24,000 bases of DNA from an uncultured Alphaproteobacteria bacterium. GTDB taxonomy: Bacteria > Pseudomonadota > Alphaproteobacteria > Rhodospirillales > Defluviicoccaceae. Made by a program: the position numbers and the translations under genes. Numbering within the stretch: the stretch's first letter is position 1; the number at the start of each line of letters is the position of its first letter. The notes below the pieces were generated by a model that was not told the DNA's origin, ran no database searches, and saw nothing but the letters and a program-made list of their open reading frames with translations. This document shows, piece after piece, positions 8,843-15,210 of this stretch. The DNA lies in contig CAVYTX010000003.1 in assembly GCA_963771545.1 (NCBI GenBank), forward strand, positions 814,971-838,970, in the 5' to 3' direction.

Positions 8843-9773
8843 TCAGGAGCCCGCCCCGGGCGGTGGGCACTCCCTGTCAAGCAGTTGCCTGTATAGTTGG
8901 CTCAGGCGTGGCGCCAAAACGCCCACGCCACCGTCGCCGATGGTCCGGCCGTCCACTTCGACGGCCGGGACGACGCCTCCGAAGGTTCCGGTGACAAAGG
9001 CTTCGTCCGCGCCATATACATCGGTGAGGCTGAAATCCTTCTCGAAGACGGGAATTCGGTTGTCGCGGCAAAGCCCAATCACGTTGGCCCTGGTCACGCC
9101 GTTGAGGCAATAGCGTCCGGTCGATGTCCAGACCTCGCCCTTGCGCACGATGAAGAAGTTCGTGGAGTTGCACGTGGCCACGAACCCATGGGGATCCAGC
9201 ATCAACGCCTCGTCGGCGCCCGCCTTGGTGGCCTGGATGCAGGCGAGAATGCAATTGATCTTGCTGTGACTGTTGAGCTTGGGATCCTGAACGTCCGGCT
9301 CTCCGCGCCGCACGTAAACGGCGGACAGCCGGATACCCCGGCGCGCGGCATCCTCCACGGGGATTTTGTACTCGGGAATGATGACAATCGTTGGACCGCC
9401 GATGTTCAGGCGCGGATCCTGGTGCGGAGTTCGCCTTGATCCCGCGACTCATCATCAGGCGGATGTGAACGTCGGAGACCATCCGGTTGGCCGCCAAGGT
9501 GCGATGAATTTCCTGGCTCACAAACTCGCGCGTGAATCCGATCTCGAAGTCCAGCGCCTTGGCGCCCTCGAACAGCCGATCCAGGTGTCGATCGAGAAAG
9601 GCCAGCTTGCCGTTGTGCAGCCTCAACCCTTCCCAAACGCCGTCGCCAAGGATAAATCCGCTGTCGAACACCGAAATCTTGGCCTCCGAGCGCGGCGTTA
9701 GTTCGCCATTGACATAGACCCGCACCGTCTCGTTGCGCGGATCCTCCCGATAGTCGTGCGTTCCCGTGGCCAT
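8843..9773 (-). pseudogene. Class IV (branched-chain / D-amino-acid type) aminotransferase interrupted by a +1 frameshift near 9428..9434
   Basis: The N-terminal frame (from 9773) gives MATGTHDYREDPRNETVRVYVNGELTPRSEAKISVFDSGFILGDGVWEGLRLHNGKLAFLDRHLDRLFEGAKAL...IRLMMSRGIKA, then Arg-rich nonsense. The next frame continues TPHQDPRLNIGGPTIVIIPEYKIPVEDAARRGIRLSAVYVRR...NSHSKINCILACIQATKAGADEALMLD...TGTFGGVVPAVEVDGR down to the stop at 8843. Confidence 0.85.
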
Positions 9774-10045
9774 TGCGCGTCGTCCCTGTCGCTTTCAGTG
9801 GAAGGGTATCCTTACGGCAAAGATTAAAAAACCGTAATCTTCCGGTAACAGCCGCGTAAGGTCCAATCTGCGATCCTATCAATTATGCTTACTTCGCCAA
9901 CTCACGAGACGAGCAGTTCATTGGAACAGACCGACTTCCCTAAGCGTTCGTCACCCAGGAGCCGTCCGCGACTCCCCGCCGCCGGCGCCACTTCCCCACG
10001 GTGACGGAAACTGGCGTAGCCCTCCTCACAAAAGAAGCGCCAGCG

Positions 10046-10077
10046 GGCCCCGATCCTTTCCCCCCGGGATCGGGGCC
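10046..10077 (+). promoter_or_regulatory. GC-rich hairpin (11-bp stem, 10-nt loop) in the leader of the response-regulator gene
   Basis: GGCCCCGATCC (10046..10056) pairs with GGATCGGGGCC (10067..10077). It is followed by TTACTCTTTCGTT and lies 47 nt upstream of the ATG at 10124. Confidence 0.25.
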
Positions 10078-10123
10078 TTACTCTTTCGTTCAAAGCGGCC
10101 GGCGATCCATGTACAGTCCCGCC

Positions 10124-10804
10124 ATGCGTATCCTCGTCGTTGAAGATGATCTCGAAACAGCTGATTACCTCCGCAAGGGGTTGGGGGAAAGCGGTCACGT
10201 CATCGATCATGTCGCCACGGGCCCCGAGGGACTGGCGATGGCGGTCGTCGGTTCCTACGATGTTTTGATCGTCGATCGGATGTTGCCGGGGCTCGACGGG
10301 CTGACCCTGATCCAGACCCTGCGGGACCAGAGCGTCTTGACGCCGGTGCTGATTCTCAGCGCGCTGGGCAAGGTCGACGACCGTGTCCGGGGATTGAAGG
10401 CGGGCGGCGATGACTATCTCACGAAACCGTTCGCATTCTCGGAACTTCTCGCCCGCCTGGAGGCCGTGGCCCGGCGTTCCGGCGCCGCGGAAAAGGTGAC
10501 GACCAGTTTGCGCGTGGGCGATATGGAGATGGATCTGCTGTCGCACACGGTGACACGCGCCGGCAAGGCGATCGATCTGCAGCCGCGCGAGTTCCGGTTG
10601 CTCGAATATCTCATGCGTCACGCCGGCCAGGTGGTCACCCGGACCATGCTCCTCGAAGCCGTGTGGGACTATCACTTCGATCCCCAGACAAATGTTATCG
10701 ACGTTCATATCAGCCGGTTGCGCGCCAAGATCGACAAGGATTTCGACGAGCCGCTGCTCCACACGGTGAGGGGCGCGGGGTACACGCTTCGTGCGTCCGC
10801 CTAA
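10124..10804 (+). CDS. OmpR/PhoB-family response regulator
   Basis: It starts MRILVVEDD (ATG at 10124; the ORF-track GTG at 10001 is an unlikely extension). It has the receiver Asp in LIVDRMLPGLDG and the LTKPF motif. The winged-helix C-terminus reads REFRLLEYLMRHAGQVVTR...VHISRLRAKID...TVRGAGY. Confidence 0.92.
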   Translation: MRILVVEDDLETADYLRKGLGESGHVIDHVATGPEGLAMAVVGSYDVLIVDRMLPGLDGLTLIQTLRDQSVLTPVLILSALGKVDDRVRGLKAGGDDYLTKPFAFSELLARLEAVARRSGAAEKVTTSLRVGDMEMDLLSHTVTRAGKAIDLQPREFRLLEYLMRHAGQVVTRTMLLEAVWDYHFDPQTNVIDVHISRLRAKIDKDFDEPLLHTVRGAGYTLRASA

Positions 10805-12176
10805 CCTCGCCGGCACATCCGCATTCCGACTCACTCTGCTCTACACGGGGGTTTTTTCGGTCTCCGTCTTTGTCTTGCTCAGCTTTATCTACTGGTCGAC
10901 GGTCGCCGTTATCGAACGTCAAACGGCCGAAACCATCGAATTGGAGATTCGCGGTCTCGCGGAACAGTACCGTCAGCAAGGCGTCACCCGGCTGGTTCAG
11001 GTCATCGGCGAGCGCAGCGGTGAAATGGGGGACCGGAACAACGTCTATCTCCTCACCGACGGGAACCTGGAACGCCTCGCCGGCAATGTCCGCAACTGGC
11101 CGGCGGGAGCCAACGCCAGCGGGCAGTGGGTGAGCCTCGGCCTGCAAAGACGGGAGGACGAGCGTATCGTTCCGCACGAGATCCGGGCCCGCACCTTCAC
11201 GCTTCCGGACGGCCACCGGCTGCTGGTCGGGCGTGACATGTACGAGAAAACGAAATTCAGAAACACCGTGGTCGAAACGCTGGCCTGGTCGCTGGCCGCG
11301 ACCGTGGTTCTGGGTCTGATCGGCGGTCTGTTCGTGAGCCGCCGGATGCTGAGGCGGGTTGACCAGGTTACCCACACCGCGCAAGGCATCATGCAGGGCG
11401 ATCTCTCCCGCCGCATGCGAAAAAGCGGCAGCGACGACGAATTCGACCGGCTGGCGGAGAGCCTGAACGCCATGCTCGATCAGATCGAACGCCTGATGAC
11501 CGGGATGCGCTGGGCCACCGAAAGCATCGCCCACGACTTGCGCAGCCCGCTGACACGTCTCAGAACCCGGATCGAATTGGCTCTCAGGGAGGCGCCGGCG
11601 GCGGGCCAGGACCGCGAGGCCCTGGCCGACGCGCTGGCGCAAACCGACGCCGCCTTGGCGCTGTTCGACAGCCTTCTCAAGATCGCCACGGCCGAGGCGG
11701 GGGTGGCGCCATCGGAACTCACCTGCCTGGATCTAGCCGGATTGGCGCGGGACGCGGCGGAGCTCTACGAGCCCGTCGCGGAGGACAAGGGCATTGCCCT
11801 GGAGATCGACATTTCCGGGGCGGCGCGGGTTCGCGGTCAAGCTCAACTGCTGGCGCAGGCCGTCGCCAACCTTCTCGACAACGCGGTAAAATATACCCCT
11901 TCGGGAGGACGGATAACGGTGTCCATCGAGAACGACGAACACAAGGTCGTGCTCACCGTCGCCGACAGCGGCCCGGGCATTCCGGAAGCCGATCGGGAGC
12001 GCGTCCTCGAACGATTCGTTCGCTTGGAACCCAGCCGCCGGGGTCCCGGAACGGGCTTGGGGCTCAGTTTGGTGGCCGCGGTGGCCAAGCTCCACGGCGC
12101 GACCCTGCGCCTCGACGACAACAATCCGGGGTTGAGAGTTTCTCTCCGGCTGCCCACCTTCCGCGAAAGCGCTTGA
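10791..12176 (+). CDS. Sensor histidine kinase (2 TM, HAMP, HisKA, HATPase_c)
   Basis: 461 aa with a GTG start overlapping the regulator stop by 14 nt. H-box ESIAHDLRSPLTRL, N-box LLDNAVKYTP, G1 DSGPGIP, G2 GTGLGLSLV. Confidence 0.92.
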   Translation: MRPPNLAGTSAFRLTLLYTGVFSVSVFVLLSFIYWSTVAVIERQTAETIELEIRGLAEQYRQQGVTRLVQVIGERSGEMGDRNNVYLLTDGNLERLAGNVRNWPAGANASGQWVSLGLQRREDERIVPHEIRARTFTLPDGHRLLVGRDMYEKTKFRNTVVETLAWSLAATVVLGLIGGLFVSRRMLRRVDQVTHTAQGIMQGDLSRRMRKSGSDDEFDRLAESLNAMLDQIERLMTGMRWATESIAHDLRSPLTRLRTRIELALREAPAAGQDREALADALAQTDAALALFDSLLKIATAEAGVAPSELTCLDLAGLARDAAELYEPVAEDKGIALEIDISGAARVRGQAQLLAQAVANLLDNAVKYTPSGGRITVSIENDEHKVVLTVADSGPGIPEADRERVLERFVRLEPSRRGPGTGLGLSLVAAVAKLHGATLRLDDNNPGLRVSLRLPTFRESA

Positions 12177-12203
12177 TCCTAGACACGCATCGATCAATGC
12201 ATG

Positions 12204-12294
12204 TGGCGGATGGGGTGGGATTCGAACCCACGATGGGCTTATGACCCATACTCCCTTAGCAGGGGAGCGCCTTCAGCCGCTCGGCCACCCATCC
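12204..12294 (-). tRNA. tRNA-Ser (anticodon GCU), CCA encoded
   Basis: The rc reads GGATGGGTGGCCGAGCGGCTGAAGGCGCTCCCCTGCTAAGGGAGTATGGGTCATAAGCCCATCGTGGGTTCGAATCCCACCCCATCCGCCA. It has a 7-bp acceptor stem, anticodon loop CUGCUAA, a long variable arm and the GTTCGAAT T-loop. Confidence 0.95.
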
Positions 12295-12373
12295 TTAAAT
12301 CAGCGCGGAACTTCGCGCCGGATCTCCGCATTATAAACTACGCCTTGTATAAGAGCGCCGTGGGGTGTGTCAA

Positions 12374-12866
12374 TCAAGCCTCCTTGGCGATTTCTGTGGA
12401 GATCGTCCCTCCGGTAGCGCGCGCAAGGTCGACAACCGTCGTGGCGAATACACAATGGGGATGTCCGGCCGCCGCGTAAACGATGGCGAAGCGGCGCAGA
12501 CCGGCGTCGATGACGACGGGCAATTCCTGTTTAAGTCCCACCGGGGCGACGCCACCGATTGCGAAGCCCGTGACCGCGCGAACGGTGTCCGCGTCGGCCC
12601 GCCGGACGGGACCGTCCAGCTTGAGCAAACCCGGTAACGTTTCCTCCCGGCACCGGCGGTCGCCCGAAACCAGCACCATGACCGGTTGCCGCCCGACGAG
12701 AAAAACCAGGGATTTCACGATCGAACCGAGATCGGTGCCGATCGAACTCCGCGGCGTCTTGCGCGCTGCGCGCCGTAGCGGCGAGAGCGGTGATCCGCGC
12801 ATCGATGCCGGCGTCCTCCAATGCGGATTGCACGCGCTTCACGGACTCGTTTTCGAGAATACTCAT
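12374..12866 (-). pseudogene. YbaK/ProX-like aminoacyl-tRNA deacylase interrupted by a +1 frameshift near 12745..12747
   Basis: The N-terminal frame (from 12866) gives MSILENESVKRVQSALEDAGIDARITALAATARSAQDAAE, then nonsense. The next frame continues SIGTDLGSIVKSLVFLVGRQPVMVLVSGDRR...VTGFAIGGVAPVGLKQELPVVIDAGL...AAAGHPHCVF to the stop at 12374. The IVKSLVF lysine and GGVxPxG motifs are typical of the family. Confidence 0.8.
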
Positions 12867-13024
12867 TGATCTCCCGGTTGATCCGCGGTTGCTGCGACGG
12901 CTCGATCACGGTGAGGCCGCTTCCACCATCAACAGTGTAATAACTCTAATTTGCACACTAGCGAACGGCTTGCGAGAGGTATACCCTTAACCTCCCTAGG
13001 GCATCGTTTACAGCGGAGAAACTG

Positions 13025-14170
13025 GTGATCGACGTATCGGGCAACGCGGCCTCCATACAGGCTCAGGTGGAGGCGGTCCATGCCAACCTTCTGGATGACC
13101 TGCCCGATATCAACCGCGTCGCGGTGGCCGTCTACGATGGCCGCACCGATACCCTGAAAACGTTCGTTCACAGCACCCGCGGCGAAACGCCTTTCACCCA
13201 CTACGAAGCCAAATTGGCCGAAGTCCCGTCTCTCGCCGAGTTGGCCCGAACCCGGAGCGAGCGGATCATTGGCGATTTGCGCGCGTCTCGGGAAATCCTC
13301 GGGCGCCATGATCGCCACTTGCTGGAAAGCGGCTATTCGTCCAGTTACACGAAACCCTTTTTCGACCGGGGCGAACTATCGGGGTTCATGTTCTTCGACT
13401 CCGAAAAAGGCAACTATTTCAGCCCCTCCGTCGTTCGGCACCTGACGATTTACTCTCACCTGATATCGCTCCTGATCATCAACGCCCTGGCTTCGGCCAA
13501 CGTGCTCCGTTCGGCGGTCGATGTGGCCCGCGCGATGAGCCATCTGCGCGATGAGGAAACGGGCGCTCACCTGGACCGCATGTCCCGATACGCGCGGCTG
13601 ATCACCAAGACCCTGGCCGATCAGGAGGATCTCGACGATGAGTACGTGGAGTTCGTGTTTTTGTTCGCTCCCCTGCATGACGTCGGCAAGATCGCCATTC
13701 CCGATCGAATCCTATTGAAGGCGGGGAAGCTGACGCCGGATGAGTTCGAGATCATGAAAACCCATGTCGCGAAGGGCGTCGCGATTATCGAGAAAATGGT
13801 GAAAAGCTTCAGCATCGGCGAGGGCGCGCACATCGATGTGCTTCACAACATTGTCCGGTACCATCATGAATCCTACGATGGCAGCGGCTATCTCACCGGC
13901 CGGGAGGGCAAGGATATTCCCCTGGAAGCGAGAATCGTCAGTGTCGCCGACGTGTTCGACGCGCTGACCACGAGGCGCCCCTACAAGAACGCGTGGTCGA
14001 ACGACGATGCGTTTCGATTTCTCGATGACCTGACCGGAAAAAAATTCGATGCCGACTGCGTGGGCGCGCTTTCATCGAAGCGGAAACAGATAGAGACCAT
14101 CCAGCGGCAGTTCCGATTCGCCAAGGGGCAGTTCGAAGGCTTCCACGAGGCTTATCTCGACGATCTCTAG
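13025..14170 (+). CDS. HD-GYP-type phosphohydrolase (putative c-di-GMP phosphodiesterase) with N-terminal GAF-like sensor region
   Basis: 381 aa with a GTG start. It has HLDRMSRY, LHDVGKIAIPDRILLKAGKLTPDEFEIMKTH and HHESYDGSGYLTG (HHExxDGxGY with L in place of the final P). The TAG stop lies inside the left repeat of the downstream element. Confidence 0.85.
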   Translation: MIDVSGNAASIQAQVEAVHANLLDDLPDINRVAVAVYDGRTDTLKTFVHSTRGETPFTHYEAKLAEVPSLAELARTRSERIIGDLRASREILGRHDRHLLESGYSSSYTKPFFDRGELSGFMFFDSEKGNYFSPSVVRHLTIYSHLISLLIINALASANVLRSAVDVARAMSHLRDEETGAHLDRMSRYARLITKTLADQEDLDDEYVEFVFLFAPLHDVGKIAIPDRILLKAGKLTPDEFEIMKTHVAKGVAIIEKMVKSFSIGEGAHIDVLHNIVRYHHESYDGSGYLTGREGKDIPLEARIVSVADVFDALTTRRPYKNAWSNDDAFRFLDDLTGKKFDADCVGALSSKRKQIETIQRQFRFAKGQFEGFHEAYLDDL

Positions 14171-14436
14171 TACCGACTATCACGGTTCCGTGCCCCATGT
14201 GATTGCTTTTCCCGTGTCTTCGGCAGGAGGCGGTGCGCCGACGATGCCGAAGCATCGACAAGCGCCGTCGACGCCCCGAGGACGCGGAAAAAGCAACCCT
14301 CCGGGCGGTCTTCCGAGGCCCCCGGCGGCGTTGCGGGCCGCTTGTGATGCTCCAGCATCACGGCGCGCCCCGCGCCTGGCTGGACGACCTCGGAAGACCG
14401 TCGCATGGGGTACGGAACCGTGATAGTCGGTACTAG
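14167..14436. mobile_element. MITE-like non-coding element with 33-bp terminal inverted repeats (32/33 match), TA within CTAG at both ends
   Basis: The left arm is ctagtaccgactatcacggttccgtGccccatg (14167..14199). The rc of the right arm (14404..14436) is ctagtaccgactatcacggttccgtAccccatg. The interior has further hairpins: CTTCGGCA/TGCCGAAG, CGGTCTTCCGAGG/CCTCGGAAGACCG and GTGATGCT/AGCATCAC. There is no plausible ORF. Confidence 0.55.
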
Positions 14437-14497
14437 GGCCGATTGAAGTGATCGAAGGTCATCTGGCGGAACGGCGGCGGTCCGGCGGCCGTTGGTA

Positions 14498-14722
14498 TTA
14501 CTCCTTGATACCAAAATCCTTGAACCGCCTCTTGAACTTGGCCAACTGGCCACCGCTATCGACCAGCCGATGGACGCCCGTCCATGCCGGGTGGGTCTTG
14601 GTATCGATGCCCAGCTTCAAGGTTTCGCCGGGCGTTCCCCAAGTCGATCGGGTGTTGAAGGTGGTGCCGTCAGTCATTTCGACGGTGATCTCATGGTATT
14701 CGGGGTGTATGTCTTTTTTCAT
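14498..14722 (-). CDS. rpmE: 50S ribosomal protein L31 (no Zn-ribbon cysteines)
   Basis: 74 aa, [49 protein letters not shown]..., from the ATG at 14722. The ORF-track entry 14498..15151 is an upstream over-extension. Confidence 0.93.
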   Translation of the reverse strand: MKKDIHPEYHEITVEMTDGTTFNTRSTWGTPGETLKLGIDTKTHPAWTGVHRLVDSGGQLAKFKRRFKDFGIKE

Positions 14723-14746
14723 CGCGTCGCTCCAAAAGCAGCGCCC

Positions 14747-14775
14747 TATATACTGACCGGAGGCCCAGTTTGCAA
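14747..14775 (-). promoter_or_regulatory. Putative sigma70-type promoter for rpmE (TTGCAA-N17-TATATA)
   Basis: On the minus strand, TTGCAA (14775..14770) and TATATA (14752..14747) are separated by a 17-nt spacer. The -10 ends about 25 nt upstream of the rpmE ATG. This is a pattern match only. Confidence 0.4.
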
Positions 14776-14846
14776 TGTTTGCGCAAAGGATGTTTGCCGT
14801 AAACGGCGCTTGCATCCAAGCGCGTTGAAAAAGAGGGGTCAAAACC

Positions 14847-15176
14847 GTGGCGATCAGCGAGAGCGAGTTCGAGGTCCGCGCGGATGAAATCTTGGAACAT
14901 CTGATGGAAACGCTCGAAAAAACGCTGGGGGACGCACTCGATGTGGATCTCGAGGACGGGATCCTCTCCATCGAACTCGATTCGGGCGGCGAATACGTCA
15001 TCAACAAGCATCGGCCGAACCGGCAGATCTGGATGTCGTCTCCGGCAAGCGGCGCCTCGCATTTCGAATACCGCGCCAACTCGGGATGGGTGGGGACCCG
15101 CGGCGCTGGAAACCTAGTGCAGATCCTGGGCCGGGAGCTTTCGGCGGCCACCGGACGAAGCGTTCAGTTCGAGTGA
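14847..15176 (+). CDS. cyaY: Frataxin homologue CyaY (iron-sulfur cluster assembly)
   Basis: 109 aa with a GTG start. ...[18 protein letters not shown]...[42 protein letters not shown] follows the frataxin/CyaY pattern. Confidence 0.88.
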   Translation: MAISESEFEVRADEILEHLMETLEKTLGDALDVDLEDGILSIELDSGGEYVINKHRPNRQIWMSSPASGASHFEYRANSGWVGTRGAGNLVQILGRELSAATGRSVQFE

Positions 15177-15196
15177 TGCCTGTCGAGTGATGCCTG
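15169..15196. repeat. Perfect 14-bp tandem duplication (TCGAGTGATGCCTG x2) spanning the cyaY stop codon
   Basis: Read directly from the sequence: 15169..15182 is identical to 15183..15196. The first copy contains the cyaY TGA at 15174..15176. Confidence 0.95.
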
Positions 15197-15210
15197 CAAA
15201 CCACCAGCGA

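Noticed and set aside
9902-11642. Two 310-aa minus-strand ORFs (9902..10834 and 10710..11642)
   Set aside because: They are antisense to the response regulator and histidine kinase, both of which carry complete canonical motifs. Their composition is that of shadow ORFs.
12177-12373. tRNA-Ser as an integration hotspot or genomic-island border
   Set aside because: There is no integrase and no direct repeat of the tRNA 3' end that I could spot. Ordinary genes flank it on both sides.
9424-12752. Programmed ribosomal frameshifting or transcriptional slippage as the explanation for the two frameshifts
   Set aside because: The shared 10-mer is in opposite orientation relative to the two mRNAs. It has no slippery heptamer or homopolymer run, and I saw no downstream stimulatory structure. 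A DNA-level or read-level cause fits better.
14167-14553. ORFs 14190..14423, 14203..14436 (plus) and 14167..14553 (minus) within the inverted-repeat element
   Set aside because: Their similar C-terminal peptides (...RNRDSRY) are produced by the terminal inverted repeats being read on both strands. The sequences are Arg/Pro-rich with no SD, so I treat them as non-coding.
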